From positions 418,717 through 482,716 of the forward strand of contig JBEKOJ010000001.1 in NCBI GenBank assembly GCA_049521895.1: a DNA stretch of 64,000 bases, in the 5' to 3' direction. Source of the stretch: Candidatus Saccharimonadales bacterium (GTDB lineage: Bacteria; Patescibacteriota; Saccharimonadia; Saccharimonadales; UBA10212). Every line of letters begins with the position of its first letter. Position 1 is the stretch's first letter. The position numbers were made by a program, and so were the translations under genes. Below the pieces are notes generated by a model. The model was given only the letters and a program-made list of their open reading frames with translations. It had not been told where the DNA came from and made no database searches. Shown here one piece after another: positions 24,112-33,893 of this stretch.

Positions 24112-24342
24112 GACGATATTAAACCTCCTTTCAATGAGGTTAAACTGAACTTAATTGAATATTTTTAGGTTTTTCGTTAATTAACCCTTTTAATTAACCC
24201 TTACTGTAGGTCAGGGTATAAGTGCCTCAAATTATATCTCTCAGCTTACTCTCAGCAAGCGCTTGTGCTAATAATTATGTTGTGGATATTAACGCAAGTT
24301 CAGTAGTAGCGTGATAATTGCTAGACGGCTATACTGGAGGGT

Positions 24343-24870
24343 ATGTTAAGGTTAAGCGCTAGCCTTAGAAACCAGCCGGTACTGAGTTTAAGGTCCGGCG
24401 ACCAAATCACTACGGCCATCGAACCGATTATTAATCCGCATAACCTAAAAATAGTCGGCTGGTGGTGTAAAGCGCCCGCTGGCAAAGAACTGGTATTACT
24501 AGCAGACAACGTGCGCGAGATTATGCCAAATGGCCTGGCCGTGAACGACGATGCCGACCTTAGCGACCGGAAAGATTTAGTCCGTCACGATGATATTCTA
24601 AAAATCCGTTTCCAGCTGCTAGATAAACTGGTCAAAACCAAGCGTCAAAAGTTGGGTAAAGTCAGCGACTTTAGCTATAACGACGGCTTGTTCGTGCAAA
24701 AACTATACGTAGCGCGCAGTCTGGCCAAAGTTTTCTCCAAAGATGAAACTTTACTGATTGACCGAACGCAGATTTTGGAAGTTACTGATAATTATATTTT
24801 AGTACGCGATAGTGATGTAAAGGCAACCGAAGAAGAGCTGGCTGGTGCGCTGGGTACGGTTGCCGCTTAG
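24343..24870 (+). CDS. PRC-barrel-like domain protein
   Basis: 175 aa with two repeats of a PRC-barrel-like pattern (VLSLRSGDQI..., GKVSDFSYND...). The assignment is tentative. Confidence 0.5.
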   Translation: MLRLSASLRNQPVLSLRSGDQITTAIEPIINPHNLKIVGWWCKAPAGKELVLLADNVREIMPNGLAVNDDADLSDRKDLVRHDDILKIRFQLLDKLVKTKRQKLGKVSDFSYNDGLFVQKLYVARSLAKVFSKDETLLIDRTQILEVTDNYILVRDSDVKATEEELAGALGTVAA

Positions 24871-24897
24871 AAATACCCAGGCATGTTTACTCTGTTA

Positions 24898-24921
24898 AAT
24901 TACTTAACTTGTTAAGTAATT
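24898..24921. repeat. hairpin palindrome copy 3 (AATTACTTAAC-TT-GTTAAGTAATT), intergenic
   Basis: 11-2-11 dyad lying between the convergent stops of 24343-24870 and recX. Confidence 0.95.
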
Positions 24922-24925
24922 GGGG

Positions 24926-25525
24926 TTAGGTATTTTTTAGAGTTCGGTTAATCAATTCGTAATCGAACCCTTGTTGGGCTAAGTATTGTTTAAGCTTAAG
25001 AGGATCGTTTTGATAGCGTAATAGTTTGGTTTTCTTAGCGATTAAGCTTTCCAGGCGTTTTTTCTCATTATTCTCCGAGCCAGCTAGAACTTCATCTGCC
25101 ACTTTCCTATTGATCCCTTTCGTGAAAAGCCCACTGCGGATCGCGCGGTTACTTTTGCCCCGGCGAGTCTGCAAATCTACGAACCAGATAGCAAATTTGG
25201 CGTCATCAAGATATTTTTTTTGACTAAAATCATTGATTAAATTTCTTATCTGCTCGGGCGCGGCTTTTTTTCGGTAGAGATAATCCTTAAACTCACGCTC
25301 CGAGTGCGGCCGGTTAAGCAGCCACTCCAGCGCCCAGGCTTTTAGCTTGCCGTCCTCAGAAATTTTTTTGAATTTTTTAACCTCGGCTACGCTCAGCTCG
25401 TCGTTTTGTTTAACTTTATATCTAATCAGTTCGTCCAGGCTAAGCGAGAAGCTATACTTATTATCTACAAAGACGCTCACCCGCTGTGAATTTTTAACTT
25501 GCTGCTCAAGGGCGGTTATTTTCAT
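24926..25525 (-). CDS. recX: recombination regulator RecX
   Basis: 199 aa with three-helix repeat pattern. It lies in the recA gene cluster, two genes downstream. Confidence 0.8.
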   Translation of the reverse strand: MKITALEQQVKNSQRVSVFVDNKYSFSLSLDELIRYKVKQNDELSVAEVKKFKKISEDGKLKAWALEWLLNRPHSEREFKDYLYRKKAAPEQIRNLINDFSQKKYLDDAKFAIWFVDLQTRRGKSNRAIRSGLFTKGINRKVADEVLAGSENNEKKRLESLIAKKTKLLRYQNDPLKLKQYLAQQGFDYELINRTLKNT

Positions 25526-25534
25526 AAGCTAACC

Positions 25535-26590
25535 TTAAAGAGCCTGCAGAGAATGTGTTTCTATCTGAGAGCGCTCGGCGAGCAGGCCGTGTTTGCCGTT
25601 GGGGTAAACAAAATATTGATGCGGCATATTTAGTTGATTAAGGGCGCGGCTTAAATCGGCGGAGAATCTGGGTGGCACTATACGATCCTTGGCGCCTACA
25701 TATATTTGAATATAGGCATGTGTGTGAATTAAGAAATTAAGCGGCGAGGTATAGTCCCAAAATTTAGGGTTAGTGAGAGGCGTACCATATTTTTTGAGCA
25801 CCGATTTGTGTATAGAAAACGCCACCGGGTTAGCCACATCAGATTTGGGCATATAAGAACTAAACATATCTTGCACATTGCCCACCGGGCCGGATAGCAG
25901 GATAACATTTTTGATATCCGGCGAAAGTACCGCCGCCCGCAGCGCCAAGTAGGCACCCATACTGTGACCCCAAAGACTAATATTTTTAGCATTTAGTCCC
26001 GGGGTATCTTTAATTGAAGCTATCAAACTCAGGATGTCGGTGTTGTAGGCCATGGAATAGTAGGCGCCCTCCGGTTTACCCTGATGGATTGACACCCCCT
26101 GCCCCCGCAGGTCGGGCTTAACAACTGCAAAACCGTGCTGGCTGTAAAATTCCATATCAGGCAAATAAGCTTTTTTAGTAGAATAGGCCGCCGGCTGGAT
26201 GTAGCCATGCAGCAGAATAATCACCGGATAACCAGCTGGTGGTGGTGGAGTACTTGGAGTGGTCATCAATCCATATTCGGTCAATCCGTCTGCCGGTACC
26301 GAAAAATTTATGATCGCCCGCTGGACATTGTGGTCAGGGCCAAGCACTGAGACCTTTTTAAGTAGGTTGCCCCGATAAACAGCCTGGGCGGCAATCCGCA
26401 AATCAAGATTGGCATAAGGCTGGTTGGTGGATATTAGTTGGTTGGTGTTGAACGATTTGGTGGTAAAAGGTTCGCCGACTTCATTGCCAACGATATAAAT
26501 TAAAATCAGTACCGTTAGCAAACAGACAAAAATAAGTATAGATTTTAGTGAAAGGTGGCTGATTTTTGCACTTAGCTGACGGAGTTTCAT
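25535..26590 (-). CDS. alpha/beta hydrolase (S9/dienelactone-hydrolase-like) with N-terminal anchor
   Basis: 351 aa with an N-terminal TM helix and the nucleophile elbow GHSMGA. Confidence 0.75.
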   Translation of the reverse strand: MKLRQLSAKISHLSLKSILIFVCLLTVLILIYIVGNEVGEPFTTKSFNTNQLISTNQPYANLDLRIAAQAVYRGNLLKKVSVLGPDHNVQRAIINFSVPADGLTEYGLMTTPSTPPPPAGYPVIILLHGYIQPAAYSTKKAYLPDMEFYSQHGFAVVKPDLRGQGVSIHQGKPEGAYYSMAYNTDILSLIASIKDTPGLNAKNISLWGHSMGAYLALRAAVLSPDIKNVILLSGPVGNVQDMFSSYMPKSDVANPVAFSIHKSVLKKYGTPLTNPKFWDYTSPLNFLIHTHAYIQIYVGAKDRIVPPRFSADLSRALNQLNMPHQYFVYPNGKHGLLAERSQIETHSLQAL

Positions 26591-26593
26591 AGT

Positions 26594-27040
26594 TTAGCGG
26601 CCTATGACTAGTATAAAAGCTAGGGCTATAGCAAACCAGACCATTTCCACATAAAGTCCTCTTGGCAATTCGACGCGCTGGATCGTTTTATGATAGCGCC
26701 GCAATTGGCCTAATAATCCTGACTGATAAATTTTTGGCGGTTTGCCCTGCAAAATTTCTGGCAGCCACATAACATCCGGCGCCATACACAACAGACCGCA
26801 AGTTATCACCAGCCAGCCAGGGATTACTAACACAATGGCTAAAATTATAAGCAAGATGATACTTAAGGATAAATCGCTGCCCATAGCAATCTTGCGAGCC
26901 AGCCCAGTAAGCCCATAGTCCCAGTGGGGGATAGCATCAATGGCAAAGTGAGCAAGTAGCGCCAGCGGCAAAGCCAGCTCAGGCTGTTTGATAACAACAG
27001 CTACCAGTGCGCCGGTCGCGGCATGATTAAGCCCGGTCAT
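26594..27040 (-). CDS. small polytopic membrane protein
   Basis: 148 aa, hydrophobic, with His-rich HFAIDAIPHWDY. It sits immediately downstream of recA. Confidence 0.5.
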   Translation of the reverse strand: MTGLNHAATGALVAVVIKQPELALPLALLAHFAIDAIPHWDYGLTGLARKIAMGSDLSLSIILLIILAIVLVIPGWLVITCGLLCMAPDVMWLPEILQGKPPKIYQSGLLGQLRRYHKTIQRVELPRGLYVEMVWFAIALAFILVIGR

Positions 27041-27051
27041 CTGACCCTATT

Positions 27052-28083
27052 CTACTCAGCTTGGGCAGCAGCCATGGTCTCTTTGGCAATTTTTTCTAAA
27101 ACTTTTGGATTATCTTTCAGATATTGCTTGGCGGCTTCGCGGCCCTGGGCGATCTTCTGGCCCTGGTATTCGTACCAAGCGCCATTTTTATCCACCACTC
27201 CGTGAGCAGCGGCCAGGTCAATTACGTCACCCTCAATGCTAATCCCTTGGTTGTACATAATATCAAACTCGGCTTCACGGAACGGCGGCGCAACTTTGTT
27301 TTTGACAACCTTGACGCGGCAGTGGTTGCCTATGACGGTATCGCCAGACTTAATTTGACTGAGGCGACGGATATCCATGCGTACGGTAGCATAAAACTTC
27401 AGGGCATTGCCGCCGGTGGTGGTCTCGGGGTTACCAAACATCACGCCGATTTTCATCCTAAGCTGGTTCACAAAAATTACTGTGCATTTGGTACGGTTGA
27501 TGACGGCGGCGAGTTTGCGCAGTGCTTGGCTCATCAATCGGGCTTGCAAACCCATGTGGGCATCACCCATATCACCCTCGATTTCAGCCTGTGGTACCAG
27601 AGCGGCCACGGAATCCACCACAATAATATCGACAGCATTGCTGCGCACTAGTGCCTCAACGACTTCCAGAGCTTGCTCGCCGCTGTCCGGCTGGCTGATT
27701 AGCAGATTATCAATGTTGACCCCCAGACGTTTGGCATAAGCTGGGTCTAGGGCGTGTTCGGCATCTACGTAAGCCGCCGTGCCGCCGGTTTTTTGGACTT
27801 CGGCTACGGCGTGTAAGCAAACTGTGGTTTTTCCCGAAGATTCCGGCCCGTAGATTTCAATAACGCGGCCTTTGGGAATACCGCCGCCAAGCGCCAGATC
27901 GAGGCTTAGGCTACCAGATGGAATAGTCTCGACGTCAATTCTGTGGGCTTCGCCAAGACGCATAATGCTGCCTTTACCAAACTGTTTTTCAATCTGGTCG
28001 ACAGCTAGTTGCAGGGCTTGGGATTTGCCGCTGCCGGCGGCCGATGCGGCGCCATCTTTTTTAACTTTGGTTTTGTCAGCCAT
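27052..28083 (-). CDS. recA: recombinase RecA
   Basis: 343 aa with Walker [10 protein letters not shown] and the RecA signature [14 protein letters not shown]. Confidence 0.97.
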   Translation of the reverse strand: MADKTKVKKDGAASAAGSGKSQALQLAVDQIEKQFGKGSIMRLGEAHRIDVETIPSGSLSLDLALGGGIPKGRVIEIYGPESSGKTTVCLHAVAEVQKTGGTAAYVDAEHALDPAYAKRLGVNIDNLLISQPDSGEQALEVVEALVRSNAVDIIVVDSVAALVPQAEIEGDMGDAHMGLQARLMSQALRKLAAVINRTKCTVIFVNQLRMKIGVMFGNPETTTGGNALKFYATVRMDIRRLSQIKSGDTVIGNHCRVKVVKNKVAPPFREAEFDIMYNQGISIEGDVIDLAAAHGVVDKNGAWYEYQGQKIAQGREAAKQYLKDNPKVLEKIAKETMAAAQAE

Positions 28084-28232
28084 AAAGATTCTCCTTACCC
28101 GCCTTAAATCCGACGGATGTGCTTTCTAGTTTCAAGTATATCAGGCGGCACTGCTACAAAAAGTGCTGAAGCTTAAAAATAGCTGAGAAATAACATATCG
28201 TCCCTGTGGATGGTACTCAATTCTTAGCAGTT

Positions 28233-29822
28233 TTAGGGTTTAGTTAGCACTTCCCGCCAGGAAAGAATATTGAAACCGGTTGTCAGTGGATAGCTAGGCG
28301 GCGGCGAATAAAGCATGCTGTAGTCATACTGGGTAACGGTATGTTCTATGCCTGAGACGTAACCGTTGACTGGATCGTTGGCAGCATCACCACAAGCATC
28401 ACCAACTAGCCAGTTCCAAGTCCAAGTTTGGCGGGTGGCAACGGAGCCGTAAAATAATAGTTGCTGATTGGAGTTTATCCAGCCGTGAGTACAGCGATTA
28501 GCATTAGTGCGGTAGTAGACTGGATATTCTACGTTGCCAGATTCGGAGAGTATGGCGGCATCGATTTCGTAAGTAAAGCTACCGCTGGCTGGTGGTGCAT
28601 ACGGCGCAACCAAAATATCTCCCTCGGTCACTAAGCCAATGGAGTCACTGCCATTCTTGGTGGAGTAAAGCAAATCGTCAGCTATGACAATATCGGCGTT
28701 ATTATTGGTCGCCAGACGGCCAGCGGCAATAGTGACACGGCCGTGAAAAGTCGGATTACTCCTTACCCAAACATTATCCTCAGCAAAAATTACCCCAGAG
28801 GACGGCATAGCAATACCGGTAGCAACCGATTGTAGCGTGAGGGCGCTGGAATAGGTGGCAGCCTGGTCATTTTCGGCGTTGACGTTATACAGGTCATAGG
28901 TACCGTTGGTATTTAGCTGGATTAGGTAGCCTTTAGTCAGGCTAAAACTGCCATTGCTGCTGCGCTGCGGCAAATAAGCCGGAGTGCGAGTATTCGGGGT
29001 CTGTGAACAAGCGTTACTTTGGCTGGCCAGACTAGCGGTTGAGCTGTATGAGGCAAAGGCAGTCTTTTTCATAGAGCACAAACTGGTACTAACCTGGTTG
29101 AAGTCCACCGCCGGCTCCGGATATAACCAGTTGCTCTTGGAGCGGCTGTCGCAATTTACTGGAGATGTAACGCTGCTGCTACACCAGACACCCGGCTCAC
29201 TAGTATGGCCATCGCCGCCCAGAGCCACCGACGGCACATAAGTGGAGTTGGTACTGGAGACAGTATCCGTGTTGGGACCATCCATCCTGATTCCCTGGTT
29301 AGAAAAAATTGGCCCGTCAGCTGTTTCGTCGTTACCGAACCATAATGCCGAATCGCCGGCCACCCCGTAACTGGCAAAAGACGGCTCGCCGATTTGCGCC
29401 TGCACAGTGCGGTGAATATTGGTGTTTTTTACCTGTCCGGTAGAGCGTACGGTAGCCACGGTGGAACCGCTGCCCTGCGGATTGATCCAAATGGTAAAGG
29501 TGCCTTCATTGACGGCATTACTATCTACGTAGTTATGTACATAAGGCCCATAGCCCAGCGTCGGATTGGGCGTGGTTGGCGTAGACTGGCCATCTTTAAA
29601 GTCAGTAGGATTATGGCTGAGATGCCAAAGATAGTAATTGATACCTGCTTCGGCTATGTTGAAGGCCTGTTGGCTTTGCACGTTACCATTAACAACCGAC
29701 AAATTGGTATCAATCACTTCTACCAGAGCCGCGGAAATAATAATTGCCACCACTATGAAACTGAGGATAGTCGGTAGAATGAAGCCTTCGTCGCTGGGCG
29801 GAAAAACTTTAAGCCACTTCAT
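28233..29822 (-). CDS. pilus-associated protein with N-terminal hydrophobic anchor (PilX/tip-like)
   Basis: 529 aa. It is the last gene of the pilin-like operon and overlaps the upstream gene by 4 nt. It has an N-terminal TM segment and is Thr/Ser/Asn-rich. Confidence 0.55.
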   Translation of the reverse strand: MKWLKVFPPSDEGFILPTILSFIVVAIIISAALVEVIDTNLSVVNGNVQSQQAFNIAEAGINYYLWHLSHNPTDFKDGQSTPTTPNPTLGYGPYVHNYVDSNAVNEGTFTIWINPQGSGSTVATVRSTGQVKNTNIHRTVQAQIGEPSFASYGVAGDSALWFGNDETADGPIFSNQGIRMDGPNTDTVSSTNSTYVPSVALGGDGHTSEPGVWCSSSVTSPVNCDSRSKSNWLYPEPAVDFNQVSTSLCSMKKTAFASYSSTASLASQSNACSQTPNTRTPAYLPQRSSNGSFSLTKGYLIQLNTNGTYDLYNVNAENDQAATYSSALTLQSVATGIAMPSSGVIFAEDNVWVRSNPTFHGRVTIAAGRLATNNNADIVIADDLLYSTKNGSDSIGLVTEGDILVAPYAPPASGSFTYEIDAAILSESGNVEYPVYYRTNANRCTHGWINSNQQLLFYGSVATRQTWTWNWLVGDACGDAANDPVNGYVSGIEHTVTQYDYSMLYSPPPSYPLTTGFNILSWREVLTKP

Positions 29823-30430
29823 AAGTTGGTCTTTCTGTTGCGGAGGCTAACCTGCAATGATAATCGCTGCTTACCTGAAGCAGTTGGAAAGTTTGCCGGT
29901 ACAACCAGATTAATCTGGATCCCCTTTATGGAATTTTCGTCACTAATCGGCAAACTAAGTACGTTGCCAGAAGCGTCAAGATAGTTAAACAAGTTAACTC
30001 CATTTAGCTGATAGTAATTATCTATGACGCTGTAAGTGGCTTTTTGCGAGGTTATCGGCGTGCCTATGGGCGGATTGGCTGTCATCGGTGTGACATCGGC
30101 GTAGAGCGTGGTGGCGCTGGCATTAAGATAGTAGTGGATTTGTGATACGTAAGCGTCATTGGGTGAAAAATAGGCATAAATTGTCAGGTCATTACCAGAT
30201 TCAGAAACAATATTGGTCAATCCGCGTACGACATTAGCGATACGTTGCGATTCTATGGCCAGATTAGTAAACTCCGAGCCATCAGCCTGCAGCCCGAAAT
30301 ATTGATTAAGCAACGTGCTAAAGATACTATAGGCAGTCAGTGAAACCAGAAAAGCCACGACCATAGCGATCATCAACTCGACAATCGTAAAGCCTCGGGC
30401 TCCCCTGCCTTGTACGTTACGGCGTGACAC
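29819..30430 (-). CDS. minor pilin (prepilin-type N-terminal cleavage/methylation domain)
   Basis: The G|FTIVELMIAMVV class III signal motif is present. Confidence 0.75.
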   Translation of the reverse strand: MSRRNVQGRGARGFTIVELMIAMVVAFLVSLTAYSIFSTLLNQYFGLQADGSEFTNLAIESQRIANVVRGLTNIVSESGNDLTIYAYFSPNDAYVSQIHYYLNASATTLYADVTPMTANPPIGTPITSQKATYSVIDNYYQLNGVNLFNYLDASGNVLSLPISDENSIKGIQINLVVPANFPTASGKQRLSLQVSLRNRKTNL

Positions 30431-32021
30431 TCAAACCTCCCAACTGTGGACTTGCAGGTAAAGTTAGCGTATAGCCATTGGCTGATATCACCAGCTGCGC
30501 ATTGCCTACTGATATGCCAGACAGGTTCACCGTGCAGTTAATTTGGCTACCGCTGGTTCCGGTACACAATGAGACGTAAGTATTGCTGTTCTGGATAAAC
30601 TTGACGCTAGTTCCGCAGCTAGACGGCGAGTTGCTACACGGTAAGTTGGTCCCGTTAACCTGAAAACTAAAGCTGTTTAACGCACCGCCGGTTTGGCTAA
30701 CATCATAGGGCGAAAAACTGGTCACGCGCGGGAAGTTAGCGCTGGTTGTCAACAGCAAACGAACTTTCTGGTAATAGTTGCGGCCACCGTAGGGGAAAGT
30801 GACGGATGGTGGGTTGCCGGGATCATAAATTGGCACGCTAACAGGGTTAAGCGGATTGGTGCCACTGTAAGGCAGTGCAGCCGCCAAATAGTAGGTAGTA
30901 CTACCGACGCTGCAGCTGCTAGCGCCGCTGTCGCCGCAGAAGATGTACGGCCCTGGTACCAAATTGGATATGCCGACCAGACCGCTGCTATCGGTAATTG
31001 GCCGAGTGTCAGAAGGATTAAGGGTGTCGTAGTAATAAGACGTGTCGCTAGTGGAGGTGTATTTTTTATAACCGCCCTTTGTATAAACCTTAACGTTTGG
31101 CAGCGGGTTGCCATTGGTATCTGTGGTCTCCAGCAACAGGCTGTCCGGTCCCTGTAATTTGATAGTTAGTGTTACATAAGAAGATTGCTGGGCAAGGATC
31201 TTTTGGCTGGGGTAGTTAGGCTGCAGACTGCCGGATGGTATTATGGTCGCAAGCGTGGAATATCCAGAGTTAGAAGCAGTTACAGTGTAGTCGTAGTTTA
31301 AGGTGTCTGGCGGCAAGTCGTAAAAGATAGCAATGCCATTCTCGTCAGTGTTATCAGATACATTGACTGGCCCGACCTTAGTGTTTACAACGTTGACGGT
31401 AGCACCAGTTACGGGCGCACCGTTGCTATCTATCACGCTCACAAATAACGCACCGGTGGTACTGGCAGTCTCAGCTACTTTAGCTGATATCTGAGTGTCC
31501 ACCTCTGCCAGTTGTGTGCCGTCAGGGTTAAAGACGGTGACGTCAACGATTTTATAGTCTGCCGGGTTACTATCTACAGCCGGTGCGCCCGAAGGCGGCG
31601 GGTAGCTACGACAGTAAATCTGTTTTAGAGCTTGGGTAGGGTAGCTACCGCAGCCGTCATAAGCATCATCTATATAGCCGATGTTGGTCTTTACAGTGTA
31701 AGTAATACCGTTGAGTGTCTGGCTAGTGCTGGCCGGCAGTGGATTAGTGGTATAGATGCTGCCACCGGCAACTGCCAGACTGTCATAGGGTAAAGACTTC
31801 AAGTACTCCATTTGGTTGGTTGCCAAGGCCGAGGCCACGGCTTTTTCTTTGGCTATTACCGCACTATTAGCCAGGCTGGTAAAAAGCCCTGTCAAGCTGA
31901 AGGCGACTATAGACAGTACGGTCAGCGCAATAACAAGCTCTGCCAGCGTAAACCCACCTGAGTTATTGCAAGATCTTCGGTGGAGAAACTTACTTCTTCT
32001 GCAACTTCGGCCATAACGCAT
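30417..32021 (-). CDS. large pilin-like protein with prepilin N-terminus
   Basis: GGFTLAELVIALTVLSIV motif followed by a ~480-aa beta-rich, Thr/Ser/Asn-rich extension. Confidence 0.7.
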   Translation of the reverse strand: MRYGRSCRRSKFLHRRSCNNSGGFTLAELVIALTVLSIVAFSLTGLFTSLANSAVIAKEKAVASALATNQMEYLKSLPYDSLAVAGGSIYTTNPLPASTSQTLNGITYTVKTNIGYIDDAYDGCGSYPTQALKQIYCRSYPPPSGAPAVDSNPADYKIVDVTVFNPDGTQLAEVDTQISAKVAETASTTGALFVSVIDSNGAPVTGATVNVVNTKVGPVNVSDNTDENGIAIFYDLPPDTLNYDYTVTASNSGYSTLATIIPSGSLQPNYPSQKILAQQSSYVTLTIKLQGPDSLLLETTDTNGNPLPNVKVYTKGGYKKYTSTSDTSYYYDTLNPSDTRPITDSSGLVGISNLVPGPYIFCGDSGASSCSVGSTTYYLAAALPYSGTNPLNPVSVPIYDPGNPPSVTFPYGGRNYYQKVRLLLTTSANFPRVTSFSPYDVSQTGGALNSFSFQVNGTNLPCSNSPSSCGTSVKFIQNSNTYVSLCTGTSGSQINCTVNLSGISVGNAQLVISANGYTLTLPASPQLGGLSVTP

Positions 32022-32087
32022 ACGCTTATTGTACTAGAGTGGGCCAGCCTGCAGGTAGCGATAGATTCTGGGTTATACTTAAAGCAT

Positions 32088-33893
32088 ATGCGTATTAATG
32101 ACAACTTTGTCATTGAGCTGCTTAGGCATAGCCGGAAAATAACTGAGGAGCAGCTCAAGGCCCTCCTGGAGCAGCAGAAGACCGAGAAAAAACCGCTTCA
32201 AGAGCTGGCTCTAAAAGCTAATTTGGTATCGGAAAAAGAGCTGGCCTATCTTTACTCAGGGCTAATTGAGGTACCTTTTGTCGAACTTGCGCCACGCAAT
32301 ATCAATAAAGAGGTGCTAAAACTAATACCGGAACGCGTGGCTCGTCAATATAATGCTGTGGTTTTTGACGTCAAGCTTGATGGCAGCAAGCTGCTGGCCA
32401 TGGAAGACCCCGACGATGTACAAGCCCTAAACTTTTTGCAAAAACAGCTTGGTCCAGATGTGCAGGTTTATCTGGCAACGCGGTCCAACATCCTGGCAGC
32501 CCTTGATCAGTACCGTAGCAACATTACCAGTGAACTTACACAAGTAATCGCTAGTGAGAACAGCTCTCAAAAAAATGATGAAGAGGAAGAAGTTAAAGAA
32601 GAAGACGTGGCCGAGGATAGTCCGGTTGCCCAAACTGTTAACTTAATAATTGATTTTGCGATCAAACAGGGCGCCAGCGATATTCATATTGAGCCACGGG
32701 AGGATTATGTATCTATCCGATATCGCATTGACGGACAGTTGCGCGAAACCAATAAACTACCTAAAAAAATTCTGTTACCCCTCGTCAGCCGCATTAAAAT
32801 TTTATCTAACCTCAAGATTGACGAGCGCCGGGCGCCCCAAGACGGCCGCTTTAAAGTTGTAGTTGGTAGCGGTCAGTACGCGCTACGTGTTAGTACCTTG
32901 CCAATAGCCGACGGCGAGAAAGTGGCAATGCGTATTTTAAATGAGTCCAGCAAAGCTTCGTCGCTGCAAGAGCTGGGTTTCTGGGGAATAAGTCTGGAAC
33001 GTCTAGAACAAGCTCTAACCCGTCCACACGGCTTGGTATTATTTACCGGGCCAACAGGTTCAGGCAAAAGTACCAGCTTGTTTAGTATTTTGAGCCGCTT
33101 AAATCAGCCGGTGGTGAACATCAGCACCGTGGAGGACCCGATAGAATACAAAATCCCAGGTGTTAATCAGGTTCAGGTTAATCCGGTCGCCGGTATGACC
33201 TTTGCTAACGGACTGCGGGCACTGTTACGCCAAGACCCCAATATCATTATGGTCGGCGAGATTCGTGACAACGAGACCGCCAACTTGGCAGTGCAGGCCG
33301 CCCTGACTGGACATCTGGTTTTCAGTACCGTGCACACCAATAACGCTGCTACCTGCTTACCGCGCCTGCTAGACATGGGCATAGAACCTTTTCTGATTGC
33401 CAGCACTGTACGGGCTATCGTTGCCCAACGTCTGGTACGGCGATTAGTACCAGAGGTGATGGAAGCCTACAAGCCCGATGAGCCAACCATCAAGCGCATT
33501 CAAGCAGCATTTGGCGTCGATGGTGCTGAGGGTATAAAACGTGTGCACGAACTGGAAATGCAAGCTATTACTGGTAACATAGGCCAGTTTGGTCCTAGCG
33601 GCAAAACAGCCGAAGCCCTAGAGCCATCCACCACCGAACAGACTATAAGTCGCTTGTGGCGTATTAGTGGCATTGGTGGTACTAGTTCTTTTCGCGGCCG
33701 AATAGGTATTTACGAAGTTCTTACTTTAAGTTCAGAGGTTCAAAAAATGATTGTCAGTAACGATACCAGTGAGAACATCCAGAACCAAGCTATCAAAGAG
33801 GGTATGATTACCATGCAGACCGACGGCTTGATAAAGGCACTACGCGGTCAAACGACGCTTGAGGAAGTATTAAGGGTAACGAGTGAAACATAA
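32088..33893 (+). CDS. pilB: type IV pilus assembly ATPase PilB (GspE family)
   Basis: Walker A GPTGSGKST plus Asp and His boxes. I chose the start at ATG 32088 because the 31980 ATG lies inside the divergent pilin gene. Confidence 0.9.
   Translation: MRINDNFVIELLRHSRKITEEQLKALLEQQKTEKKPLQELALKANLVSEKELAYLYSGLIEVPFVELAPRNINKEVLKLIPERVARQYNAVVFDVKLDGSKLLAMEDPDDVQALNFLQKQLGPDVQVYLATRSNILAALDQYRSNITSELTQVIASENSSQKNDEEEEVKEEDVAEDSPVAQTVNLIIDFAIKQGASDIHIEPREDYVSIRYRIDGQLRETNKLPKKILLPLVSRIKILSNLKIDERRAPQDGRFKVVVGSGQYALRVSTLPIADGEKVAMRILNESSKASSLQELGFWGISLERLEQALTRPHGLVLFTGPTGSGKSTSLFSILSRLNQPVVNISTVEDPIEYKIPGVNQVQVNPVAGMTFANGLRALLRQDPNIIMVGEIRDNETANLAVQAALTGHLVFSTVHTNNAATCLPRLLDMGIEPFLIASTVRAIVAQRLVRRLVPEVMEAYKPDEPTIKRIQAAFGVDGAEGIKRVHELEMQAITGNIGQFGPSGKTAEALEPSTTEQTISRLWRISGIGGTSSFRGRIGIYEVLTLSSEVQKMIVSNDTSENIQNQAIKEGMITMQTDGLIKALRGQTTLEEVLRVTSET

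Larger units (their letters stand above)
21889..24225 (-). mobile_element. IS1595-family insertion sequence carrying passenger ORFs
   Basis: The 26-bp terminal inverted repeats match at 23 of 26 positions (21889-21914 versus 24200-24225). An 8-bp direct target duplication TCAAATTA lies at 21881-21888 and 24226-24233. A DDE transposase gene is inside. Confidence 0.9.
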
